From: Vezdaea acicularis | Taxonomy: Eukaryota | Direction: 5' to 3' | Assembly (NCBI GenBank): GCA_026025075.1 | Contig: JAPEUI010000145.1 | Location: 1-36,555, forward strand | Length of the DNA stretch: 36,555 nucleotides | Part shown: one piece after another, positions 1 to 12,288 of the stretch | How the letters are laid out: every line of letters begins with the position of its first letter | How positions within the stretch are numbered: the stretch's first letter is position 1 | Translations under genes and position numbers: made by a program | Notes under the pieces: model-generated | What the model saw: only the letters and a program-made list of their open reading frames with translations | What the model was told of the DNA's origin: nothing | Databases searched by the model: none

Positions 1-323
1 TGCTTTGGTCCTTAGATAGCTTGCCCCAAAAAAGGAGCTATCTTCTTTAGAAAGTAGAACAAAAACGTCTGCTCAGTCTCTCCAGTTATATCCCCTTGTT
101 CCTGAGCGGAGATACCTCCTACCCACCTAGACAATTTTTCGCGGGGTAATTTTCGCGCTCCGCCCCACCCACCTCCCAGATATAATTTTCCACTACAAAA
201 CTCCACCCTTCTACCCTCCTCACTTACACCCCCAACCCGCCCATCCCCCATACAACCTCCCTCTTACCTCTCTCCTCCCCCCCTTCCCTCTTTTCTCCCC
301 CTTCTCACACTCTTTAAAAAAAA

Positions 324-980
324 ATGAAACTCCTAACCCACAACTTCCTAACCTGCGCCATCAAGACCTGCAAACCCTCTCCACAATCCTATCCGCTGCA
401 CTTCCGGGGCTGCGAACTCGTCCGCGCGGAAGTAGCGTACAATCCGCTGTTCATCATCGGTGTGCTGGGACGATTGGAGTGGGGGGCGCTGAGGGAGGGG
501 GCGGGGGAGGTGGGTTTTTTTCTGACGTTCTTTTGCTTTGATTTTACAAGGGGGGAGGGTGTGCTAATGGGCATTGAGGGAGGATAGTTGGGCTTCACGG
601 ATTTACCGGCGGAGAAACCTCATTTTTCGATTCCGCTGTCCTCCACGAAAGCCAGTCTTCCAGACACGTCCACCCCGCCCGCCGACTCCGACATACCGGA
701 AGAAGAAGAAGACACAAACATGACCACCTCTTCTCCCTCCCCCTTCTCCTCTCCCCTTCCACCTAACACCAACGAACCAACCCCAACTCCAGCCCTAACC
801 CAAAATGCCGCACACACCCCCGACCTCCCTCCCGAGCAAGACAAGCTGCTCCGCAGACTACACGAAGTCCTCCTCGAGACGCAGGTGCAGGATGGTAGTC
901 TAGTCTGTGGCAATTGTGGGCATGTATACCAGATCAAAGAGGGGATTGCGAATTTCTTGCTCCCGGCGCATTTGGTGTGA
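324..980 (+). CDS. TRM112: Trm112 methyltransferase activator; exons 324-509, 588-980 (192 aa)
   Basis: N-terminus MKLLTHNFLTCAIKTC..SYPL and C-terminus LLETQVQDGSLVCGNCGHVYQIKEGIANFLL match the Trm112 family. Intron 510-587 (GTGGGT...GCTAAT...TAG) joins the exons in phase 0. Confidence 0.93.
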
Positions 981-1933
981 TTGTGTGGGGTAGTGAGGGG
1001 GGGATGGAGTGGAGTGGAGTGGATGGAGAATGGGACGGAGAGGAAGGGGGCTAGAGCATGGCATATGATGGTGGGATATCTTATCGAGCAGATGGCACGG
1101 GAACGGCGGAAAGGCGTTTATGGTATAGCATTCAGGCGCCTAGGAAGGGGGGTTGGGGGGAATAATCACACAATCAGACAACCTCATCACATCCACAACC
1201 CGAATCTCCCCCACAAACCTTCACATTTCACTTCCACACTTTCAGAGCCATCTCACACCACGTATCAAACAGCATCAAAGCTTTTGCTGCCCAGAAACCC
1301 AAAATAATTAGGGGGAGGGTGGGAACCTATATAAGCTCCACGAAGTGCGCGCGCGCCGTTTCCCATCAAGAGAAAGCAAGCATATGCTGCGCGCTCTCGC
1401 TTTCTGAATATCTGTATCATACACATACAAACAAGAGAAGAAGACCCAAGATCGCCCGCCGCCTTATCGCTACCATCGCGTGCTGCCAAAACGAAAAGAA
1501 AAAGAAGACGAAGAAGAAGGAGAAGAGGTGGTGGTGGAAGAAGGGGGGGGGGAAGGGGAGGGGAGGTTTGAAATTTTGGAAAAGGAGGTGCATGAATGCT
1601 TTGCAGGCGCCAAATCGCTAGAGTTGCCTTGCCCCCTGTTCCATGAGTGTTTTGGCTGGGTGGTTGTTTCCTCCTTTTTTCGTGTCCTTCGTTGCCCGTC
1701 TCTCTTTTCCCTTTGAAGAGGCGCGAGAGCAGATGAGCCGGAAGAGGGGTTGGAAGAAGGGACTGTTCGTTCGCTAGTCTCCGTCGTCGAGTAAGAGGCG
1801 CCCATGCTGAGGAGAGGGAGGGGGACAGGCCTGGCCACCACACGCAGAAGAGGACGGGGGAGAAGTAGGTTATAAACATTAATTCGAGGGGGGTGAGAGT
1901 GCGTGTTGTGAAAAAGGGCAAGGTGGCAAAGGA

Positions 1934-4900
1934 CTAGTTGAGGAAGCCTTTACAGCCGGTCGAGCCGCAGAGACAGGGGATACGGTCATCGCTATCCATC
2001 TCACGCTCAAACTTGTAGTCGTACGTGAGTTCCTCATCTGCAGGTCTCTCGTTAGTTTCATGGCCCATATCTGTCAAATGTAGAAAAAAAGGGCGGGAAG
2101 CTGCTCACTCTGCGCGATATCCCTCAGGGCATAGATAACAATCCGCTTGCTTCCCTCCACCTTGATGATCTTCGCGGTACAATTAGGCGTGCAGCTGTGG
2201 TTGATGAACCGCGCGATGCCACCTCGCTTCGTCGCGTCGACAACCGTGTTTTCATCAATACGAAAAAGATAGCTGCTCCCGATCCCACTCTTTTGATATC
2301 TCCGCTCCCGCATATCTGCGACTTGCTGCCGAACCTTCTCCCCAACATACTCGATGATCATGTCGTTTGCCGCAATGTTCTCCATAGCGTAGAGACCCCA
2401 GTTGTGAATGGCCGAGCGGGCGAATTTGACAAGTTTCTTCCGTTTCTTGAGTTGGTTGAACTTGAGAGCATCGGCGTCGGCGCTCAGAGTCTGTCTCTGA
2501 GCATTGAGGTCCGCCACGAAGCGGCGATTGTTCGCGCGATTTGACCGAGAAGTGGCTTTCGAGGCAACCTTGGCCGCCTGGGCAGCCTTCGCAAGCTCTG
2601 CAGCCGTGACGGGATCGTACTTGGCACGCGCTTCCCGTTCCTCCCGTGCCTTTTGTACCTTGATACGATGAGGAAGGTATTTCGACTTTTCAGATTCCAA
2701 GATCTTCTTGACGCCTTCAGTCCTTGCGCTACCAGTTGCATTAGAAACGTAGTAGCCTTCGATCTGCGTCTCTGTTCGGACAGCACCCCTTTCGCCATTA
2801 CGATTGAGTGCTTTAATCTCCTTTTGCCTGTGGGTCCAGAGGGTGTGGTTGCCAAGATCTGCTGAATGCACCTTTTGCAGAGCTTCTTTCAGGTATCGGA
2901 CATCTTCTGCATCTTTGACCAGTTCCTGCCAGCCGTCAATGTCAAGGACTATGCCGTCATCAATGTCGAACACCGGTCGAGGGAAGTCTGTCGTGACTGC
3001 CCATCGGCCATCTGAGTCTCCAAGCTCCTCGAGCCGTTTGATATCCTCCGGCGCAAGCTTTGTTTCCGTGGTCTGGTTTGCTTCGCTTTCCACGCTAAGA
3101 TCTGCGGTTGACTGACCTAGTTGATCATCTAGCAAAACCTTGTCTTGAGCTTTGCCAAGTTCCCGCTCTTCGAATAACTGTTTCTTCGTCTTTTTCTTGG
3201 CTTTCGCTTTCTTTCCTTGTTTACCGCGAGTCATGTAAGCTTCAGGATCAGGGGTTTCACTGGCACCCTGAGATACCAAGTCTCCGGTACTTTCGTTGGT
3301 GGCAGATGGAGAGTCTTTAGCATCTTCCTCAGAAGCGGTTGGCTGCTCCATCTCTTCTAATTGGATCTCTGCAAGTTTGGAGCGTTTCCGCGCCGCAGCC
3401 TCCTGGAGTACTCGCTTCCGCTTCTTGATTCCAGAAACTGCGAGATGAGTATCGTCCTGCATCTCCACATCTTCTTGAACTTCTGAAACTGGGCCAGTCA
3501 TAACGGACGCGAGATCATCAGCTGCCTCATCGTCGCTGTCCTCACCCCAAGCAGGGCCTTTCTCCCTGAGTCGAGACTTCCTCCTCGCTGGAGTAGCAAA
3601 TCTATCGTCTTCTACCATCTCCGAGCTCATCCGGCTGATAGGCCGACTTTCCTGATCTTCCGTATCCCTAGCGATAGAGCTACCTTCTTCGTCAGACTCT
3701 CCACCGTCGCTATCACCAAAGTTGTATAAGCGACGGTAAAGAGCGGCAGCTGGCTTTCTTTTGGGAGTCGGCCGCTTCCGTTGTCCGAATGGATCTGCGA
3801 AGCCTACATTCTTGGCCGCTTGAGAGGAATCAATCTTCCGGATTCGTGGAAGTGCGGTAATATTATATGTGGAAGAGCCCAAAGGACGACGTCCGCCATG
3901 TGATAGGTCCCCGTTCGAATCTGGAGTTCCTGGGACCTCATCTGCCCGTTCAATATGTATCGTGGGCCGCTTGGCGTCCGACGGGTCGTCGATTCCTAGC
4001 TTCCTCCGTTTTGCAACATGTTTGTCAGGGTCAAGATAATCGTAAAGAGCCGGAACTACAATCTTCTTTCGCACATCCCTCACAGAGATATCGCTTAGCT
4101 CGGCCATTAGTATCTCTAGGGCTGCAACAGCAGGGTCAAGATTGTCTGCTCTTTGTCTCTTCTCTTCCTCGACCACCATCTCTTCCTCCTCTCTCCGCCT
4201 TTCCTGCTCTTTTTGCTCATACTGCTCCGCTTTCAGACGCTCGGGACTTGGGGATCGCACATAGTCAGGCTTGCCAAACTTCTGGCATTCCATATTCATA
4301 ACATAAGTGAATAGCGCAGTCAAATTACACATATCGAAGCATCTTTGGGCTTCGAGTTCGCCTCGTCGGTGGTCCTCAAAGATGACATAGTAGCCAGTAC
4401 TATCAGCTTTGACGTCTGTCCAGCTGTAGCCTTTGAGGCGACGCTTGAGATGTGCTATGGTTGCTCCTAGTACGGGTACGTAGACGTTCGCAATAAAGAT
4501 GTATGGCTCACGCTTGAGCTGCTGAAGAATTGGTGTGCTTTCGATCAATGATGGGGCAGCAGGTCTTGCTAGAGCTGGCGGAAGATCAGGCCTTTGGGAA
4601 GGCTTCCCTGAAGGACCTTTAGGGGCGGTAGGTGGTGGCCCAGTAACTTGTACTACCGGCTCAGGTTCTAGTTGTGGCTCTTCCACGGGCTTGCGCTGAC
4701 TTATGGCTTTATCCATTTGTCGTCTCCATCCTTTCCCCGTCTTATCCAGCTCAACCTTCAGCGTGCATCCAGATACCTTTTGCTGATGTGCCTCTTTGAC
4801 AGCCCTTCTCGCCGCACTCACTGCTGCTACTGCTGGCCCGGCTCGGGTGTTCTGTTTACGATCTTGATATCGAACAGAAATGACGCCCAATGGCGTCCCA

Positions 4901-5951
4901 GTAGTCGGATCATTATGGACTATGAATTCCGAAACTTCCCCGTAGCTCTCAAAGAGTGCCCTAATACCGTGCAGGCTTGCTAGAGGGTCTGAAAGTATGA
5001 CTACAATTCGAGTAGGCGGCCCTGGACCAAGCGACGTAATTGGATCATATGCCCAGGGCTTTGTAACGTAGAGGGATTTTCGAAGCTGGCGTTTTTTCCC
5101 ATTTCTTGACCCCTTGCAATAATCTGGAATCGCCAGCCGAGGATCTACAGGCCGGTTGGGCATGTCTTCCTATAGAGTCACCAAGTTAGTTTGAGGCTTC
5201 CCAAGCTCTCGACTCTCACTATCTTCAAGCCCTCACTGGAAGGACTACCGCAGACTAGAGCACGTACCTCCTCTCCGAAATTTTCATACTTGGGCTTCAT
5301 CCTTCTCTTGTCCTCGGGATCGAACAGTAGCGCCAGGCCTTTGATTTGTCCCTTCCCAGGTCGAGGCTTCAGCCGAGGCGGAGGCGGTGGTTGTGCAATA
5401 TCTACATGTGCTGGGGGGGGTGAAGAAGAACCGCATGTTTGCTGAGACTCAAGGCTCTTGCTTTGCTCTGGTGCTGAGGTGGGAGGAGCGGTTTTGGCGT
5501 GTGACGGACTCAGTACCCGTCTCGGCGGAGAGGAATCGACGACAGTGAGGGGCGTCAGGGCTTGTCCATGAGGTGTCGTTCCAAGATTCGCCGAAGGGTG
5601 AGAGTTTGCCGCACTGAAGACAGAAGACACTGTACTGGTGTGCGAACTTGCAGAGCCCACGCCATTCAATAGATCTCCTTGAACAGACTCAGAGTCGTCC
5701 TGCGCAACACCATTTTGCTCAACAGCGGTAGCGTTGTGGACCACGCTGTTATGCTTGCCAGCGCCGTCTACTGCTTCATCTCGCGCAGTGGGTGCACTCC
5801 CAAACTCCGTCGAAAGAGAAGTGACAGGAGTGGCGACAGTCGCCTCCACGCTCTTGACCTTAGCACGTTGTCGCTCTTTATTCTTCTTCTGCTGCAGTAC
5901 CGACGGAGCAGTGGGGAAGAAATCCGCAAAGCCCGCCGAACTGCGCGACAT
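1934..5951 (-). CDS. SET1: Histone H3K4 methyltransferase Set1 (COMPASS); exons 5951-5268, 5169-2109, 2037-1934 (1282 aa)
   Basis: N-terminus [22 protein letters not shown]-like region, n-SET motif GSARTEG, SET motifs [22 protein letters not shown], post-[11 protein letters not shown]...[13 protein letters not shown]. Introns 5267-5170 (GTACGT..CTAAC..TAG) and 2108-2038 (GTGAGC..CTAAC..CAG) keep the frame. Confidence 0.97.
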
Positions 5952-7097
5952 CGTATAGAACGGACTCTACCTTGTCGGACCGAGGCACAACATACCGCTC
6001 TGACTGTACACCAACGTTAACCAGATCCGCCGATAACACCGTCATACATCCGGTAAGATCAGTATTGGCGCGTGAGTTGAGTGATCTAGAGTCGTATAAT
6101 CACGCGAGACTTGGAGGGGGGTTGGCGAAAATGAGGTTTAACGCGTGCACGTCAGAGGAGCGTGAAAAGGCTTGATCATAGGGATGTTGAGACCAACTGT
6201 CGGTGAACTCAGGTAAGTCGCCACGGTATGTTGTTCATCAGAGGTTCAGGTATGGCGAGGTTTCAATAGAGTAAGAAATGGGCGCGGTGAAGGCGGTCGA
6301 GATGGCAATGAGGTTGCTGGTAAACTCTCCAGGGCCAGACGGTGTTCTTTCTTGCGCACGTCTTCGGTTACGCCAAACCGCATCGGTGTTAGGCAAGGAC
6401 TACACCGACCGGAATCCCTGCCAAGCAACGCCAGATGCAACCAGCCTGGCTGAATGTTAGATGTTTTCTGGACTTCATCGCATGCAAACGTTTCAGCGTC
6501 ACTCACGAAGGCATTTCTTTTTTACCGAGGTAATGTTACGATCACACTGAAAATAGGGAAAAATCCCATGGAAAATAAGTGGCTTCATGACTAAAGCACC
6601 CAGCGCACACTACTTTCTGCCATCACCTCTCTGCCCTAAGAATTGTTCCTTTCCATGCGTAGACCCCCTTTATTCCTTTATCAAAAATGAATTGTGTTCC
6701 ACCGCAGGCACGTCTTAAGGCGTTCTGCGGAGGACGTCCTACAACCGTCAAGTAATTATTCATGCCCTGTACGTGCTTGTTCAAAAACAGCTTCGACACG
6801 AGCCAATCCAGAGAAATGTCATTGTTTAAGAGTGTATCCCTCAATTAGAGCGCGGCAATTACTAGTCTAGTCATAGGAATTTTAGAGGTTCATAGGAAAG
6901 CACTCGACGCCGCCCCAACGTTTACAGCACGGCATGGGTAAATGCGTATGCTCTTTCCAACCACTCTGTTGCTCGTTTTAGGTTGCCACCCACAGAAAAA
7001 AGGCGTTCTTGCATTGATGCAATGCAACTCAGAGAGGGAGAACGCCAGGATCAAGAATTAATATTGCCAACTTTCATCTGCAAATGTATCAGATCAT

Positions 7098-10000
7098 CTA
7101 GTAATTTGTAAACTCGATGTCTTGCAGCGCCGTGGGCTCCTTCTTCCGCTTCCAAAGAGACCTCTTCTTCTCACGTTTCTTCTTCAACTCCTCCCAACCT
7201 TCTTCCTCGTCCTCATCATCCACGCCCCTACTGATGCGCCCCGATGCAACAGGTTTTATAGACATAATTGTATCTGCTTTGTTCCAGTTTGGAGTTACTC
7301 CAGAAAAGGTTGACGCTCGACCTTGCTCTGCGATCCCAGATGGAACTTGGTTGACTGGTCGATAGCGGGACGGCATGCCGACGTTGCTGCGTTCCGACGG
7401 GGCAATCGATGGCTGATATCCTGCAATTCCTGGCGCGTGGCTATGCATGGAAGGAGCGTAGGTCGAATTTCGGAAGTTCAACTGCGACATACTGGGATCC
7501 AACATGCTCATAGTGCGTTGGTGTACTTGTAGGCCACTTGGAGAAGCAGGTGCTGAATTCGAATAAGTTGACAGAGGTCTCATACCCGGGCCCATCCCTT
7601 TAGGTAAGTTCGTCATTGGGGCCATGTTCATGCCCGGTTGACCATTTGGCATTCCTTGCATTTGCATCATTTGCTGCATCCACTGCATTTGTACTTGCAT
7701 CATCTGTTGCATTTGGTGTGACATTTGCATCTGAGCTTGATCGCCTGGTGACAACATCTGCTGAGGCCCCATCGGTCCCATCATACCAGGCGGCTGGAAT
7801 GCACCTGGCCCAGGTATTGATTGTCTAGGATTGCCGGCCAGCCCGGGGTGGGGATAACCACTCTGCGGCGAAGCCAATGGTGGTACATCGAAGCCACCAG
7901 TAGCATTTGGGCTTCCACGTCTCATTGCTCTGGCCCGCTCTTCGCCGGCAATCACCCCCACAAGTCCACCCGGAGGAAGATTGCCACCTTGAAGGGCACC
8001 ACCCTGGGCCGATGCGGGACGATTTGCACCAAATGCAAGCGACTGGCGGTTCGGTGGATTGACGATGCTCGCGCCAAAGTACGGGTCCTGAGGTAGACCT
8101 CGGGCAAACACAGGTAGCTGACTGTGTCGTTGGCCACCAGCGACGGTGTCTCCAGCAACAGATGCCGCAGGTGGAGGGTATGAGCTATTCTGGCTCACTG
8201 ATCGAAGATTCGGGTTTGAGCTTGTATTCACGACTGACAAACGGGTTGGCGGTCTGTTCTTGCTTGGAAACCCATGGGCTTGCAAGATAGCCAGGGGTAC
8301 TTCGTCGTCCTCGTCCTCACTTGACTTGCCCGCATCGCCGGCCTTATCTTCGTTGAGATTGATACCTGATATTGCCCCTAGCAGGTTTGGCGAACTGGCG
8401 TTTGCTTGAGAGGACCTGAGACTGCGAATTTCGGACGGTTGCTCTCCTGTGACCTTCATCATTTGCTGCCTGTAAACGGCGAGATGAGCTTCTTGCTTCC
8501 GACGCTGCTTTGCAAGTTCACGATTACGCTCTGCTTCATCGTCATCATCATAAGCATCGCCGCCATTCTCTGATTCACCACTATCAGAAGCATTACTCTG
8601 GGTACGCGATAACTCTCGCTCTCGGCGATAACGTTCGAATTGAGCCGGGGTCATCACCTTTTTCTGAGGTTGCTGTGACGGAGGGTTTGGCGGAGGGTCT
8701 GCTTGTTGTTGTTCGTATCGTGTTGCTAGATTAGCTGCAGTGAACAGCGAAGAGTCGTGAACGGAGTCTTGCACTGGAGCCAATGGTAATGTCTGCGCTT
8801 TTGGTGGGATCTCTCTGGGACCAGCCTTCCCAGACGACGCAGCAAGCGGTTCTGAATCTTCACTATTAAGTTGAGCCGCCTGGTTTCGCTTGCCTGTAGT
8901 TGATGGCAAAGAGCCCGAGTCTCTAGCGTTGAGGTTGGATCCTGTGTGCTGGGACCGTTGAAGGGCTCGACTCGCATTCACGGACTCTAAGACAAGTTTG
9001 GCATCTTGGTCTTCCATAGTCGGTGAGGATGACTGCATTCCTAAAGTATTGCTACGTCTCCAACCTGGCCCTAACCGCCGAGGTCTATTCTGGTTCGAAG
9101 TGCTGGTTTGTCCTGGTGACTGCTGCGGGGTCAAAGCACGAACATTGTTGTGCCTTGGAACTGGTGGCCCCTCATCGGAATCAGGTACCCCGCTCGCAGT
9201 AGGTGTAAGATTAGACATTAAGTTGTCCGTCGATCTACGGCCGCCCCAAGAATACGGAGATGACTCATTAGATCCATCGACGTTGATCCGTGCCGGCGTG
9301 TAATCGCTTCTGCCATTTATATAGGACTTTGGTGGCAATGTTGGTGGAGTCTCTGTGATAAAGCCCTACCCGATAAAGTTAGTAAGATCAATTGCTCGTG
9401 CGGTTATATTTCAATGAGACGTACAGGACTTCCAGTGAGTTGGGGGCTGTGCCCTCGTTCCTCTATGATGGCACTTTGACGCTTCCCAATATTCCCAAAC
9501 ATGTCCCCAAACCCCTTGAAGCCTCCTAAGTCTGGTGTACCCAAGTCCGTTTCGATCTTCGGCGGGGTTGCTGTACTGGCATAACTGCTTTCCGTCAACC
9601 CTCTATCCCTCCGTACTTGCTCCGAATTCCTCTCTGGTGTCTGAGATTGTAGGGGAATCTTCGAAAATTCTGGAATTTGTGGACTCAAAATTGGCGGTTT
9701 CGCCACCTTCGAGCCGAAAGAGAAGGTTCGGCCTCCGGCTTTCAGCGAAAATACGGGATCTTTTCCAGGCAGTTGAGGCATCGTCTTATTTTGATATGGC
9801 ATCTGACTAGGCTTGGCAAAAATGTTGTCCTCGTGAGGATGGGCGCTAGTTGAGGACGGTACAGTGGAGGCTGAGCTTAATCGTGCCGAGGAAGAAGAGG
9901 CATCATTGTAGCCTCCCGTCGATACTGAATTCGTGTTCGACGCTCCACTTCCTCTATAGAGTTACAAATTAGATTCAGAACATTTCCTGGGACGAAGAAT

Positions 10001-10292
10001 TCGGTTTGTAGACCCACCGAACGAGATTCTTGCCTGGCTGCTCTCCTAGATCATCTAACCCGTCTTTTCTTGACGGACGACCTGCACTCCAGAAGTTGAG
10101 GGCTCTTCCCCCGTCAAATGACTTGCTGCCCCCAGACACACGCTCCGCTGAACGCCTCGCTTTTGCGTCTTCGATTTCTGGGCGTGTAAAGACGCGAAAT
10201 GTTCCTCCTTCGGTGGGTTCGGCCCCCAGGTCCTCTAAAGCGTTTCCAGCAGACTTCCGGCGGCTAAAGCCTTTGGGCAGCTTGATTGGCAT
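7098..10292 (-). CDS. Conserved fungal low-complexity/disordered protein of unknown function; exons 10292-10018, 9953-9425, 9365-7098 (~1023 aa)
   Basis: Three ORFs join in frame through canonical introns 10017-9954 and 9424-9366. Motifs MPIKLPKGFSRRKS, KKVMTPAQFERYR, RRKQEAHLAVYRQQMMKVTGE, DDEVPLAIL, GGLVGVIAGEERARAMRRGSPN, an M/Q-rich tract and PSIAPSERSNVGMPSRYRP recall a filamentous-ascomycete family of unknown function. Confidence 0.85.
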
Positions 10293-12288
10293 ATAGAATG
10301 AGTGATGGTGTTGGCGATCAAGAGTCTCGAAAGAATAGTGCAGAGGCAATAACGCCTAGCTAACGCTTCACGTGGACATAAGTCGAATGTATGCGGGTCC
10401 TAAACCCCGAGAGCCGACAGAAGGAGAAGTTTTCTAGAATCTGGAGACTTCGGAAGGAAGTATTAGTCGTTAATGGTCAAATGATGACTCAAAGCAAGAT
10501 AGAGTTAGGAAAGTATATCAAATGGCCCGGAGGTATTGGAGTTTCCGAACGGTTAGACTCCATAGTATTGGAAAGGTACCTAGTTGCTGAAGTATGTGTT
10601 AAGCTGACCTGATATGGGAATAAAGGAAGTCATAGGCACAAAGTCCAGAAGCCTCAGCCATTCATCCGAGCCGTCCCAATGATGTGGCTAGAAGCGGTGG
10701 TACCTGTTGGTTGACTCGGGGTGGAATCTTATTGTTTGGAGTTTTGATGTATGGTTGCAAAAATAGACCACGAAAATCCGAAGGAGACAGGGTCCACAAC
10801 AAGCAAATGAGAAGTCAGACTTACAAGAGCAATAACGGCAGAGTGTCTAGAATGTACACGAAAGTCCAATTGGACAAGCTTGGGGATCTAAGAAAAGAGA
10901 ACGAGAATGGTAACGAGAGGATGGTAGGTTGACGTAAAACTGTGAAGTTGTCGTGGTTTAGGAGATGTTGCTGACACGGACGGATACGTAGAGGCCGGGT
11001 GTCCCTTGTCGGAACCCCGTTACGTCGTCCCTCCTGTGAATTCCGGCCGTCGCTTAGCCCACTCGGTTTGGCTCACTCCTGCCGCCACAGACGTCCAACT
11101 TTCCGCAATGGCGCCCGGCTTTCCTCGGGCTTGGAACTAGCATTACTGACCTTTCTTAACAGCTCGATGCACAAAGCAGGTTTGTTGGAATGAGCGAATG
11201 GAATCAATGTATCGATGACAACCGCCACAACAGATAACAAGTGCTTGGGAAACCTCTAGAGGGCGGGATTTCGAGACACGCTTAGGGCTATTACCAAACT
11301 ACTAAGTTAGGGTGTGGCCTCACAGCTTCGGGCAGCCGCCGTGATGCTGAGGCACGCCGTACGTAGAAATCGATAGCCTGGGGCTGGAGTTCTCTAGGCT
11401 ACAGACCTCAACTTTTGCCTATTCAACCGCAATGCCGGGGCCTGCGCTTAGCAATTGGCTCTTTTCATTCTGGTCAAGCTAATTCTTCCTCTGCATGTGT
11501 CAGGATCTGGCGAGGCACAGGAGATGGCCAGGAACCACGGATCAACCAACGCAAGCTGTATAGGAGATCTACCGCGCATGATTTCACTGTATTCCGAACG
11601 CTAAGCTATAACCATCAATAGGAGATTGGGAGCAGAACGCGGCAAGCACTGGGTGTAATGATGCCGACAAGCCGTCTCCAAACTAGAGCATACAAAGGGC
11701 TCCCGTTCACGAGTGGAGATTATTGGCCCTGGGCCTCATGTTTCACTTTCAACATTCAGGCGCGATGCAGCTTCTAGCGATGGTCCTCGTCCGACTCCGA
11801 CGAAGACCAATAGAGAATTGTCACAGCTCTTAGTCGCGAGCGACCCTCACGCGCAGAATACGAGCTTCATCCACACTGAGACGAGAGATAGAACCATATA
11901 ACTCATACGAGAACAACTGACAGGAGAGAATGCGAAGCGTTAACGCGACAAGCCCGAGATCCTCGCTTCAACAGCCATGCTCTCGATATGGTTAGGGCTA
12001 CAAAAGAGCATTGCCGAACAAAGCCATCGAAGCCATTAGGTTGACGCGCAAAACCAAACGGTCTCGAGCTCTCGACTCTCACTGGCCACAAGCGTGCCGC
12101 CTTCCGAGAAGCTCATTTCCACAATGGGCGGGGAAACGCCAACATGAGCGGAGACAACGCGCCTTGTCAACCTGTTGCGCGCAATGATAGCATCAATTGA
12201 GATATATAACATAAGACTTCTTGACATAGATTCGAATTATAGATACTAGAGGAGCCCCTTGAAATTCATTGCTTTCCTTGCGCAGAGG

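Noticed and set aside
981..1307. 108-codon frame open directly after the TRM112 TGA
   Set aside because: Poor readthrough context (TGA-T), TGA is not converted to sense by editing its A in the way UAG is favoured, and the G-rich then C-rich composition gives a non-protein-like translation.
1319..1841. K/E/G-rich ORFs in the purine tract between TRM112 and SET1
   Set aside because: Low-complexity GAA/GGA tracts in 3'-UTR sequence with no domain.
10293..10930. Possible 5'-UTR intron(s) of the 1023-aa gene (GTAAGT donor at 10824, minus strand)
   Set aside because: The donor is good but several acceptors are possible and I could not fix the structure.
11305..11314. ACCCTAAC as a telomerase RNA template
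   Set aside because: Only 8 nt, no pseudoknot or CR4/5 recognisable, and a similar 8-mer occurs at 24613.
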